Shown: positions 1 through 9,417 of the stretch, one piece after another | How positions within the stretch are numbered: position 1 is the stretch's first letter | Layout: each line of letters starts with the position of its first letter | NCBI RefSeq assembly: GCF_003334785.1 | Contig: NZ_QOWV01000002.1 | Length of the DNA: 64,000 nucleotides | DNA from: Escherichia coli | GTDB lineage: Bacteria > Pseudomonadota > Gammaproteobacteria > Enterobacterales > Enterobacteriaceae | Direction: 5' to 3' (one strand) | The notes under the pieces: model-generated | Seen by the model: the letters and a program-made list of their open reading frames with translations, nothing else | The model's database searches: none | What the model was told of the DNA's origin: nothing | Translations under genes and position numbers: made by a program

Positions 1-50
1 TTCAGTTCCAGTTGGGCGTTATCCGCCAGCCACGGTAATTCCTTGTCCAT
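1..50 (-). CDS. yehI: 5' end (first ~16 codons) of the gene downstream of molR, truncated by the window edge; yehI-like
   Basis: Reverse complement of 1-50 reads ATG GAC AAG GAA TTA CCG TGG CTG... (MDKELPWLADNAQLEL) with AAGGAA Shine-Dalgarno just upstream; gene identity is from position relative to molR only. Confidence 0.4.
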   Translation of the reverse strand, partial: MDKELPWLADNAQLEL

Positions 51-59
51 GCTCTTTCC

Positions 60-3000
60 TTATTCAAACAGGGCTTCAATATCGTTAATTAGCTCGCTGG
101 CGGTGATGGCATCGATTACGGAGAACTGCGCTTCCTGTGTTGAATTACTCCCCCAGCCATATCTTTCTGCTTTGCCTTCCCATAGCCACAGCTTGCTTAA
201 GAGCTGCTCAGCGCTGAGTTCGGCTGGCGACATGCCTACCGCAAAGCCTTCATCGATTTCCATGATTAACGACCAGCGACCCAAAGGTTTGATCATCCAT
301 CCGATCCAGCCTCCATCCTGTGGTTCGCCCTTTATCCAGCCTTTATTCGCCAGCCCCATGACCCGACCACTCGGGCATTTTCTGCCTGCCCAGCGGGTCA
401 GTTCACTGGCATTGCGCTCGGCTTCTGTCAGGGCGTAGCTGTTACGGTCGAGCTGGCGGAACGGTGGTAGCAGTTCGTAGTCGGCAAAAAGCTGACCAAA
501 GGCGGCAGCATCCGTTGGTGATATTTCCAGAACGTGAGGAGTGCCGATAGAGATATCGCCTTCCGGCAGGGTGAAAAGATCATCGTCAGCGGTGCTGGAG
601 CTGTTATCTTCTGCTACGCGAAAGCAAGCCAGTAGCTGGTTTTCGGCGCTATAAACGCCCCAAATCAGACGGCGGGTTAAGTGACGAACCAGCGGATGCT
701 CAACCAGGAAGAGCTGGAAGTTTTCCAGCGACCAGCGGCGGCGCAGGCACATGGCGGATTCCAGCCTTGCTACCTGCTGGGCGGCGATGGTACGCGCATC
801 TTTTTTCAGCAATTTGTAGCGGTTAACCGCATCGTTCGCCCGCGTTTCATCATCGCTTTTGTTCGGTTTGGGCAGGTCTTTCAGGCGGCTGCCGGAAACA
901 TCACGCACAAACGGTTTTAAGGTTTCATCAAAGCTGACGGTGAACTGCCGTGGGCCAAAATCCAGCAGCAGCGAACCGTTATCATCCAGACCGAGATCCG
1001 GTGCTAACCGATCTTCAAGCTCCGCCACCGTGAGTTCGCGGCTCTCGGCAATGTCGGCAATTTTTTCTTTTGCCCGCTCCTGTAATGCTTTGAATTTCAG
1101 TTTCTGGGCGATGCCGTTAAGCTGCATAAGGGCGATATCACTACCGATAGCAGCGAGAATATCCAACCCAACGGTGGCGCGTTTATGCTGGGATTCACCA
1201 GGCCAGGCGCGTATTAATGGCGTCAGTTTGCGGGCGGTGTCATCGTTACCGAGAACGCCTAACGCAGTGAACGCCCAACTCTCTTTCGACGGCGCGCCAG
1301 CGGTCTGCCAGGCGGTAAACAGATCCCAGGCAAATCCCGCCAGTGAGTCGGCGGAACAGACGTCTTTCACCTGCAATAATCCCGGATACAGAGCCTCTTC
1401 CTGAGGGAAGCGGAGCATTTCACCGAGGTGGAGGAGGGCGCTATCTGGCAGTGATTGGGCATTTGCTTTTAATACCGGGCGCGTCCAGAGCGATGGCTGA
1501 TAAAAGGCCGGAAGAGTGGGGATTTTTGTCGGGTGATTATCTAAGGGATCGAGCGCAAGCAGAGCGTTCACCGCATCGGTTACTTCCGGCTGGTTATAAC
1601 GTCGGGCGATTTCTTGCAGTAATGGCTGATGACCGTTTTCGGTAAGCATACGCAAGGCAGCGCGGGCGTTATCCTGTGCTTCACCGGCTTTGCCGAGCGC
1701 CGCAGGCAGCAGGCCGGTAAGGGCATGTTCCGGGTATTTCAACAGCCAGCTACGGGCGTTTTCGCGTAGCGTTTTCAGTTTGTTGAAGGCACGGGCGACG
1801 GCAGGAGCCAGCTCACTCGCTGCGAAGTAATTCGTGATGGGCAAGGCTTCTTGTGGATAGCGTGCAAGTGAGTTTACTAACCCAGGTAACCCTTTGAGTC
1901 CAAAATGTAACATGGAGTATTCGGTATCGGTATGTGGAGATAGGGTAAGGGCATTCCATGCTTTTACTGCTTTCTCCAGCGGCAATGTTGTCAAAATCCC
2001 CAACTGCCAATAATGCCCGGTAGGTGAATGAAACACCTTAAATTCACTTAGTAAGGTTGAATAATCTTCATTTAGCCATGCCTCAACTACCGCTTCGGGA
2101 GCTTTAATATATGTACCAGCGATCCGTCGTTGAAAACCCATCCTTGCCAACAGGTTGGTAGTACTTTCTTCATGGCTAACCGTGATGTGTTTTGAATACC
2201 AGATATATTTCGCCAAAAGTTGATTACTGATTTCTTCTGTCAGATAACAGATTGGCTCAATGCCTAATGGCGCTAAATCCAGCACCGGAATCGGCGATTT
2301 TTTCTTTTTCGAAAGCCAGGGAGGGGAGACTACTACGGCTGGCAGTAGATCGGCGCTGGCATGGTTTGAGGGCTGTGTCAGTTGTTGCTGGCATGATTTC
2401 AGTACGGCAACTGCGGGTGTCGAGAGCCAGGGAATGACCTGTTCTGCCAGTGCTGGTTGTGAGATAAGCATTGTCATTAGCATAATGCGCCAACTGTTCT
2501 CTTCTTTTTGCCCAAGAAGTTCCGTCAGTGCCGCCATTGCTGCATGTGGGAACGCAGCAATGGCTTTCGTCATCCGATCGTGACAGCGTTTAGTTTGCCC
2601 GGCTACACGTATAAGCAGTGTCAATGCGAACGGATGATTGATATGACGCAACACATCGGCGCAGTAGTCACTTGCGGCATAGGGAGCAAATCGGGGCAGG
2701 GCTGCAACACCTTGCTCCTGTAATACGGTGGCTGACCATATCGCACCACAATAGTAATCATCAAAAATGGCATATGGTTCGTGATATTTTTCTAATGAGG
2801 CAAGAATGTGCTCATCAGTCGCCACTATTTTTAACCACTCAAGCGAGGGTAATTTTTTTTGCCCCAGTAGACGCTGGGCAATTTCATGTGCAATTTCTGG
2901 TTTTTCGGGTAATAACAAAGCAATTAATGGTTGCCGCCATTCTGGAATATGTGGAATTGCGGCAATAAGTTTTTGTGCACATTTTTGCCAGAGAGACTCT

Positions 3001-3854
3001 TCCGTCAGTGATAAATGTTTACGTAGGCGTAATTCAAATCTGGAATATTGCTCCAAGTAGCTAGGTGCAATGCCAGACGGCAGAATAATAATGACATTAT
3101 TCGCATAATCCCATTCAATATCAATCTGTTGAAGGTGTATTATTACATCAGTAGCATATTCCAGACCGCCTTCCTGGACGATCTGATCCATAACATCCTC
3201 ACGCACTTTATATCTTGTGCATTTCATTTCAAGTGCCGTGAGTACAGCCATTACTGGTGATGGTAACTGTGTTGTTTTCAGGCCGTCGATCTGACTGATC
3301 GCCTGGGCGACGGTGTTTTGCCATTCTAAAGAACAGGCGCTGAAGTCAAATGTGGCTGTTTTATTATCCCGTTGCGACACACTACAGGCTAAGCGACGTA
3401 ATTGGGTCAATTTGTCTGCTTGCTGAACAGGAACTCCGGGAAAGCGGCGATGACTTAACGTGGTGTGTACAACTTCGGGCGGAAAAACGACAGCAATATC
3501 TTTCGCCAGCCACGGTAAAACAGCATCTGTATTTTTGTCAGGCGCACGGGTTTCTGCTACGAAAGAGGGTTGTTCCTGAATAATGGTGGATAAGTCCGCT
3601 ACCTTGAGAGAGCCCGTTACCGTTTGGGAAGGTTGCAAAGAATTATCCTTCGCTTGCTCCACATACCCCTTCTTCACCTTCTCCGCAATCAGCTTAAGTT
3701 CCGCTTTTTCCGCTGCCGCAGCATCTGAAAAACTTTTTATCTGACTTTGCCCTTTGGTGCCAACTTTTCCCCAACTGATATGCAACTCGTTTCCCTGTTG
3801 CTCCACCGCCCAGAATTTATGTGATTTTTCGTCCTGATAGATAAAGTGTCTCAT
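60..3854 (-). CDS. molR: MolR, large WGR-domain protein (1264 aa), apparently intact
   Basis: Single uninterrupted 1264-aa ORF; N-terminus MRHFIYQDEKSHKFWAVEQQGNELHISWGKVG is WGR-like; position immediately next to metG. Confidence 0.8.
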   Translation of the reverse strand: MRHFIYQDEKSHKFWAVEQQGNELHISWGKVGTKGQSQIKSFSDAAAAEKAELKLIAEKVKKGYVEQAKDNSLQPSQTVTGSLKVADLSTIIQEQPSFVAETRAPDKNTDAVLPWLAKDIAVVFPPEVVHTTLSHRRFPGVPVQQADKLTQLRRLACSVSQRDNKTATFDFSACSLEWQNTVAQAISQIDGLKTTQLPSPVMAVLTALEMKCTRYKVREDVMDQIVQEGGLEYATDVIIHLQQIDIEWDYANNVIIILPSGIAPSYLEQYSRFELRLRKHLSLTEESLWQKCAQKLIAAIPHIPEWRQPLIALLLPEKPEIAHEIAQRLLGQKKLPSLEWLKIVATDEHILASLEKYHEPYAIFDDYYCGAIWSATVLQEQGVAALPRFAPYAASDYCADVLRHINHPFALTLLIRVAGQTKRCHDRMTKAIAAFPHAAMAALTELLGQKEENSWRIMLMTMLISQPALAEQVIPWLSTPAVAVLKSCQQQLTQPSNHASADLLPAVVVSPPWLSKKKKSPIPVLDLAPLGIEPICYLTEEISNQLLAKYIWYSKHITVSHEESTTNLLARMGFQRRIAGTYIKAPEAVVEAWLNEDYSTLLSEFKVFHSPTGHYWQLGILTTLPLEKAVKAWNALTLSPHTDTEYSMLHFGLKGLPGLVNSLARYPQEALPITNYFAASELAPAVARAFNKLKTLRENARSWLLKYPEHALTGLLPAALGKAGEAQDNARAALRMLTENGHQPLLQEIARRYNQPEVTDAVNALLALDPLDNHPTKIPTLPAFYQPSLWTRPVLKANAQSLPDSALLHLGEMLRFPQEEALYPGLLQVKDVCSADSLAGFAWDLFTAWQTAGAPSKESWAFTALGVLGNDDTARKLTPLIRAWPGESQHKRATVGLDILAAIGSDIALMQLNGIAQKLKFKALQERAKEKIADIAESRELTVAELEDRLAPDLGLDDNGSLLLDFGPRQFTVSFDETLKPFVRDVSGSRLKDLPKPNKSDDETRANDAVNRYKLLKKDARTIAAQQVARLESAMCLRRRWSLENFQLFLVEHPLVRHLTRRLIWGVYSAENQLLACFRVAEDNSSSTADDDLFTLPEGDISIGTPHVLEISPTDAAAFGQLFADYELLPPFRQLDRNSYALTEAERNASELTRWAGRKCPSGRVMGLANKGWIKGEPQDGGWIGWMIKPLGRWSLIMEIDEGFAVGMSPAELSAEQLLSKLWLWEGKAERYGWGSNSTQEAQFSVIDAITASELINDIEALFE

Positions 3855-3994
3855 TCTGCATCCCTGTAATTTTATCCAGTTGAATGCAGATGCTACCAGT
3901 ATTTATGCGGGTTAGAGAGAGACAAAATCGCAAGAAAACAACTTTAGGAATTTATAAAGAAAAGGCGCTGTCGATGCAGCGCCTTGAAGGGGGA

Positions 3995-6028
3995 TTATTT
4001 CACCTGATGACCCGGTTTAGCACCAGCATCCGGGCTTAGCAGGAAGATATCTTTCCCGCCTGGACCGGCAGCCATCACCATGCCTTCGGAGATTCCAAAG
4101 CGCATTTTACGTGGTGCCAGGTTAGCCACCATAATGGTGTGACGACCAATCAGTGCCTGCGGATCCGGGTAGGCAGAACGAATACCGGAGAAGACATTGC
4201 GTTTTTCACCGCCGAGATCCAGTGTCAGGCGCAGCAGTTTGTCAGAACCTTCAACAAACTCTGCGTTTTCGATCAGCGCTACGCGCAGGTCAACTTTGGC
4301 GAAGTCGTCAAAGGTGATGGTTTCCTGAATCGGATCATCTGCCAGTGGGCCAGTAACTGGCGCGGCAGCTGCTTTCACTTCTTCTTTAGAGGCTTCCACC
4401 AGAGCTTCAACCTGTTTCATATCGATGCGGTTATACAGCGCCTTGAACGGATTCACTTTGTGGCCCAGCAGCGGTTGCTGGATACCATCCCAGGTCAGTT
4501 CCGTATTGAGGAAGGCTTCTGCACGCTCGGTCAGTTTCGGCAGTACCGGCTTCAGGTAAGTCATCAGCACGCGGAACAGGTTGATGCCCATTGAGCAAAT
4601 CGCCTGCAGGTCAGCATCGCGACCTTCCTGTTTTGCGACTACCCACGGAGCCTGTTCATCGACATAGCGGTTAGCCAGATCAGCCAGCGCCATGATTTCG
4701 CGCACAGCTTTACCAAATTCACGGCTTTCCCACGCTTCACCAATCACTTCAGCGGCATCAGTGAAGGTTTTGTACAACTGCGGGTCAGCCAGTTCGTTTG
4801 CCAGCACGCCGTCAAAACGTTTGTTGATAAAGCCCGCGTTACGGGAGGCCAGGTTAACCACTTTGTTAACGATATCGGCATTCACGCGCTGAACGAAATC
4901 CTCCAGGTTGAGATCGATATCATCAATGCGCGAAGAGAGTTTCGCAGTGTAGTAGTAACGCAGGCTGTCAGCGTCAAAATGATTCAGCCAGGTGCTGGCT
5001 TTAATAAAGGTGCCGCGAGACTTGGACATCTTCGCGCCGTTCACCGTCACATAGCCATGAACAAACAGGTTGGTCGGCTTGCGGAAGTTGCTGCCTTCCA
5101 GCATGGCAGGCCAGAACAGGCTGTGGAAGTAAACGATATCTTTACCGATGAAGTGGTACAGCTCGGCGGTGGAGTCTTTCTTCCAGTATTCATCGAAGCT
5201 TACGCTGTCGCCGCGCTTGTCGCACAGATTCTTGAAAGAACCCATGTAGCCAATCGGTGCGTCCAGCCAGACGTAGAAATATTTGCCCGGCGCGTTCGGA
5301 ATTTCAAAACCAAAGTATGGCGCGTCGCGGGAGATATCCCACTGTTGCAGGCCGGATTCAAACCACTCCTGCATTTTATTTGCCACCTGCTCCTGCAACG
5401 CACCGCTGCGGGTCCATGCCTGCAACATTTCGCTGAAAGAGGGCAGATCAAAGAAGAAGTGTTCAGAATCACGCATTACCGGCGTAGCGCCAGAAACCAC
5501 CGATTTCGGCTCGATCAATTCAGTCGGGCTGTAGGTCGCGCCGCAGACTTCGCAGTTATCGCCGTATTGATCCGGGGATTTACATTTCGGGCAGGTGCCT
5601 TTCACAAAACGGTCCGGCAGGAACATGCCTTTTTCCGGATCGTACAGCTGAGAGATGGTGCGGTTTTTAATAAAACCGTTCTCTTTCAGGCGAGAGTAGA
5701 TAAGTTCTGACAACTGGCGGTTCTCTTCGCTGTGCGTCGAGTGATAGTTGTCATAGCTGATGTTAAAGCCTGCGAAATCAGTCTGATGCTCCTGACTCAT
5801 TTCGCCAATCATCTGCTCCGGGGTGATACCAAGCTGCTGAGCTTTCAGCATGATCGGTGTACCGTGGGCATCGTCGGCGCAGATGAAGTTGACCTCGTGG
5901 CCGCGCATTCGCTGGTAACGGACCCAGACATCAGCCTGGATGTGCTCCAGCATATGGCCGAGGTGGATTGAGCCGTTAGCGTACGGCAGTGCGCACGTCA
6001 CCAGAATTTTCTTCGCGACTTGAGTCAT
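3995..6028 (-). CDS. metG: methionine--tRNA ligase
   Basis: Translation [31 protein letters not shown]... with HIGH-type motif (HLGH), KMSKS motif and C-terminal tRNA-binding domain; start moved to ATG at 6026-6028. Confidence 0.95.
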   Translation of the reverse strand: MTQVAKKILVTCALPYANGSIHLGHMLEHIQADVWVRYQRMRGHEVNFICADDAHGTPIMLKAQQLGITPEQMIGEMSQEHQTDFAGFNISYDNYHSTHSEENRQLSELIYSRLKENGFIKNRTISQLYDPEKGMFLPDRFVKGTCPKCKSPDQYGDNCEVCGATYSPTELIEPKSVVSGATPVMRDSEHFFFDLPSFSEMLQAWTRSGALQEQVANKMQEWFESGLQQWDISRDAPYFGFEIPNAPGKYFYVWLDAPIGYMGSFKNLCDKRGDSVSFDEYWKKDSTAELYHFIGKDIVYFHSLFWPAMLEGSNFRKPTNLFVHGYVTVNGAKMSKSRGTFIKASTWLNHFDADSLRYYYTAKLSSRIDDIDLNLEDFVQRVNADIVNKVVNLASRNAGFINKRFDGVLANELADPQLYKTFTDAAEVIGEAWESREFGKAVREIMALADLANRYVDEQAPWVVAKQEGRDADLQAICSMGINLFRVLMTYLKPVLPKLTERAEAFLNTELTWDGIQQPLLGHKVNPFKALYNRIDMKQVEALVEASKEEVKAAAAPVTGPLADDPIQETITFDDFAKVDLRVALIENAEFVEGSDKLLRLTLDLGGEKRNVFSGIRSAYPDPQALIGRHTIMVANLAPRKMRFGISEGMVMAAGPGGKDIFLLSPDAGAKPGHQVK

Positions 6029-6159
6029 AGTAGGCATTACTTCTTAATAGTGAAAAGGGGTTAGATAGTACCAAATGGGAAAATGTTAAGTAAGTACTTC
6101 TCTATATTCTTCAGGTAAACTATCAGCTGATGGTTTATCTATACAAAAAAGGAGTCGGG

Positions 6160-7269
6160 ATGAACGAACAATCCCAGGCCAAATCACCAGAAGCCTTGCG
6201 CGCAATGGTCGCCGGGACACTGGCCAATTTTCAGCACCCAACCCTGAAGCATAACCTCACCACGCTGAAAGCGTTGCACCATGTCGCCTGGATGGACGAC
6301 ACGTTGCATGTGGAACTGGTTATGCCGTTTGTCTGGCATAGCGCGTTCGAAGAGTTAAAAGAGCAATGTAGCGCCGAACTGCTGCGCATCACCGGGGCGA
6401 AAGCTATCGACTGGAAACTGTCGCATAACATAGCCACTCTGAAACGCGTGAAGAATCAGCCGGGAATTAACGGTGTGAAGAACATTATCGCGGTGAGTTC
6501 CGGTAAAGGCGGCGTGGGTAAATCGTCCACGGCGGTAAACCTGGCACTGGCGCTGGCGGCAGAAGGGGCGAAAGTCGGCATTCTGGACGCCGATATCTAC
6601 GGCCCATCAATCCCAACAATGTTGGGCGCAGAAAATCAGCGTCCAACTTCGCCGGACGGTACCCATATGGCACCGATTATGTCTCATGGCCTGGCAACCA
6701 ATTCAATTGGTTATCTGGTCACTGACGACAATGCGATGGTGTGGCGTGGACCGATGGCGAGCAAGGCGTTAATGCAGATGTTGCAGGAAACCTTGTGGCC
6801 GGATCTCGACTATCTGGTGCTTGATATGCCGCCAGGCACCGGTGACATTCAATTGACGCTGGCGCAAAACATTCCAGTAACCGGTGCAGTCGTGGTCACC
6901 ACCCCGCAGGACATCGCGCTGATCGATGCGAAAAAAGGCATTGTGATGTTCGAGAAAGTCGAGGTTCCGGTGCTCGGTATTGTCGAGAACATGAGTGTGC
7001 ATATTTGCAGTAACTGTGGTCACCATGAACCGATTTTCGGTACCGGTGGTGCAGAGAAACTGGCTGAAAAATACCATACACAGCTGCTGGGGCAGATGCC
7101 GTTACACATCTCCTTACGTGAGGATCTCGATAAAGGTACGCCAACGGTTATCAGCCGTCCGGAGAGCGAATTTACCGCTATCTACCGCCAGCTGGCTGAC
7201 CGCGTTGCAGCTCAGCTCTACTGGCAGGGTGAAGTCATTCCAGGCGAGATTTCCTTCCGCGCGGTCTAA
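6160..7269 (+). CDS. apbC: Fe-S cluster carrier ATPase Mrp/ApbC
   Basis: MNEQSQAKSPEALRAMVAG...; P-loop SGKGGVGKS; GGAG Shine-Dalgarno before ATG at 6160. Confidence 0.9.
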   Translation: MNEQSQAKSPEALRAMVAGTLANFQHPTLKHNLTTLKALHHVAWMDDTLHVELVMPFVWHSAFEELKEQCSAELLRITGAKAIDWKLSHNIATLKRVKNQPGINGVKNIIAVSSGKGGVGKSSTAVNLALALAAEGAKVGILDADIYGPSIPTMLGAENQRPTSPDGTHMAPIMSHGLATNSIGYLVTDDNAMVWRGPMASKALMQMLQETLWPDLDYLVLDMPPGTGDIQLTLAQNIPVTGAVVVTTPQDIALIDAKKGIVMFEKVEVPVLGIVENMSVHICSNCGHHEPIFGTGGAEKLAEKYHTQLLGQMPLHISLREDLDKGTPTVISRPESEFTAIYRQLADRVAAQLYWQGEVIPGEISFRAV

Positions 7270-7299
7270 CGCCTATTAACCATTCTGGTTATTCTTCAT

Positions 7300-7340
7300 A
7301 CACCGCAGAGATGTTACATTGATGCGGTGTATTAGTTTTT
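7300..7340 (+). terminator. putative intrinsic terminator after apbC
   Basis: Inverted repeat ACACCGCA...TGCGGTGT followed by T-rich tract ATTAGTTTTT. Confidence 0.4.
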
Positions 7341-7531
7341 GCCGCATTAATGAACACTTATTTAATACTGCGAATATTCTGCGGACCTTCGTCCGAAACT
7401 CTACAAAGTCGATTGATCATACAGGCAATGCTTCATTATCATCCTTCGTGGCTGTGTAGTGGATGTACAGCTATAGTTTGTTATGCACTCATTCTATCCA
7501 GGCATAACCTTTACTACAGGGATAACGTTCA

Positions 7532-7813
7532 ATGAATAAGTATTGGCTGTCAGGAATTATTTTTCTTGCCTATGGATTGGCTTCTCCCGCATTCTCTTCA
7601 GAGACTGCCACATTAGCGATTAATGGCAGGATCAGTCCCCCAACATGCAGTATGGCTATGGTTAATGGTCAACCTCAACAGCATTGTGGTCAGTTAACGT
7701 ATAATGTTGACACCCGTCATCTGTTTTCTTCGCCCGTCAAAGGTGTAACGACAGAAGTGGTTGTTGCAGGTAGCGATAGCAAACGTCGAATCGTGTTAAA
7801 TCGCTACGATTAA
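7532..7813 (+). CDS. yehE: small secreted protein YehE (93 aa, signal peptide)
   Basis: ORF with N-terminal signal-like sequence MNKYWLSGIIFLAYGLASPAFS; sits just upstream of the yeh fimbrial operon. Confidence 0.6.
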   Translation: MNKYWLSGIIFLAYGLASPAFSSETATLAINGRISPPTCSMAMVNGQPQQHCGQLTYNVDTRHLFSSPVKGVTTEVVVAGSDSKRRIVLNRYD

Positions 7814-7842
7814 TTTGGCAACCTGATTTTAATTGCATTTAG

Positions 7843-7881
7843 AAAGCCGAAATCATTTATATAAATGATTTCGGCTTTTTT
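7843..7881 (+). terminator. intrinsic terminator after yehE
   Basis: Perfect hairpin AAAGCCGAAATCATTTAT/ATAAATGATTTCGGCTTT followed by TTTTTT. Confidence 0.7.
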
Positions 7882-8105
7882 ATTGATATCAACAATACCA
7901 TTTACATAAATCTACATTAATTGATAGATGCGATAAATAGTTAATACTCTTAAATATTTGTTGTATTTATATTGCAATGGTTAATTTGTTTTAAATCAAT
8001 AAAACAATGTGTTTACATTGCGGCAACTTTTTTGATGTGAGAAATTTGTTTCCAAGAGATACAGACTCTTAACAACCAAAAATAAATTTTATTAAGGAAC
8101 ATATT

Positions 8106-8648
8106 ATGAAACGTTCAATTATTGCTGTCGCTGTCTTTTCTTCTTTTTTTATGAGCGCTGGAGTATTTGCTGCAGACGTTGATACCGGAACATTAACTAT
8201 TAAGGGGAATATTGCACAATCTCCGTGTAAATTCGAAGCGGGTGGTGATTCAGTAAGTATTAATATGCCGACTGTACCAACCAGTGTCTTTGAAGGTAAA
8301 GCTAAATATTCTACCTATGATGATGCAGTCGGTGTAACCAGCAGCATGTTAAAAATTAGCTGCCCGAAAGAAGTTGCTGGTGTAAAACTCTCGTTGATTA
8401 CCAACGATAAAATAACCGGTAACGATAAGGCGATAGCCAGTAGTAACGATACCGTGGGTTACTATCTCTATTTAGGTGATAACAGCGATGTCCTGGATGT
8501 TTCTGCACCTTTTAACATTGAGAGTTATAAAACAGCGGAAGGTCAATATGCTATTCCGTTTAAAGCAAAATACCTGAAACTGACAGATAACTCAGTGCAA
8601 TCAGGTGATGTGTTATCTTCTCTGGTTATGCGTGTGGCGCAGGATTAA
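8106..8648 (+). CDS. yehD: fimbrial major subunit (chaperone-usher pilus)
   Basis: 180 aa, signal peptide MKRSIIAVAVFSSFFMSAGVFA, pilin-like length and Cys pair; first gene of a subunit-chaperone-usher-adhesin operon. Confidence 0.85.
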   Translation: MKRSIIAVAVFSSFFMSAGVFAADVDTGTLTIKGNIAQSPCKFEAGGDSVSINMPTVPTSVFEGKAKYSTYDDAVGVTSSMLKISCPKEVAGVKLSLITNDKITGNDKAIASSNDTVGYYLYLGDNSDVLDVSAPFNIESYKTAEGQYAIPFKAKYLKLTDNSVQSGDVLSSLVMRVAQD

Positions 8649-8727
8649 TAAATAAAATTGTAAGTTTCTCCAGGTAATAAACATGGCCGCTATCCCATGG
8701 CGGCCTTTTAATTTAAGAGGCATTAAA

Positions 8728-9402
8728 ATGAAAGGATTATTATCTTTACTCATTTTTTCTATGGTCCTTCCTGCACATGCCGGAATTGTTATCTACGGGA
8801 CGCGCATTATTTACCCGGCAGAAAATAAAGAAGTGATGGTGCAGTTGATGAACCAGGGAAACCGTTCTTCGCTGCTGCAGGCGTGGATTGATGATGGCGA
8901 TACGTCATTACCACCAGAAAAAATTCAGGTTCCTTTCATGTTAACGCCACCAGTGGCAAAAATAGGGGCAAATTCCGGGCAGCAAGTAAAAATCAAAATT
9001 ATGCCGAATAAACTGCCCACTAATAAAGAAAGCATTTTTTATCTGAATGTTCTGGATATTCCACCAAATAGTCCAGAGCAAGAAGGTAAGAATGCACTGA
9101 AGTTTGCGATGCAAAACAGAATTAAGTTGTTTTACCGGCCAGCGGGTATTGCTCCGGTAAATAAAGCGACATTTAAAAAATTGCTGGTAAATCGCAGTGG
9201 CAATGGTTTGGTGATAAAAAATGACTCAGCTAATTGGGTGACGATTTCGGATGTCAAAGCTAATAATGTCAAAGTCAATTATGAAACTATTATGATTGCC
9301 CCCTTAGAAAGTCAGAGTGTTAATGTCAAAAGTAATAATGCAAATAACTGGCATCTGACCATTATCGATGACCATGGCAACTATATTAGTGACAAAATTT
9401 AA
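8728..9402 (+). CDS. yehC: periplasmic fimbrial chaperone (PapD-like)
   Basis: MKGLLSLLIFSMVLPAHAGIVIYGTRIIYPAENKEVMVQLMNQGN... has the typical chaperone N-terminus; start set at the ATG preceded by AAGAGG. Confidence 0.85.
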   Translation: MKGLLSLLIFSMVLPAHAGIVIYGTRIIYPAENKEVMVQLMNQGNRSSLLQAWIDDGDTSLPPEKIQVPFMLTPPVAKIGANSGQQVKIKIMPNKLPTNKESIFYLNVLDIPPNSPEQEGKNALKFAMQNRIKLFYRPAGIAPVNKATFKKLLVNRSGNGLVIKNDSANWVTISDVKANNVKVNYETIMIAPLESQSVNVKSNNANNWHLTIIDDHGNYISDKI

Positions 9403-9417
9403 TTGCAGGAGCTGCCT

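Noticed and set aside
681-3583. Numerous plus-strand ORFs (60-180 aa) inside the molR coding region
   Set aside because: All lie antisense to or out of frame with a long, continuous 1264-aa ORF; no ribosome-binding sites; typical spurious ORFs
4139-5971. Plus- and minus-strand ORFs inside metG (for example 4979-5710, 243 aa)
   Set aside because: Overlap the methionyl-tRNA synthetase frame, which has unmistakable class I synthetase motifs; the alternative frames lack start context
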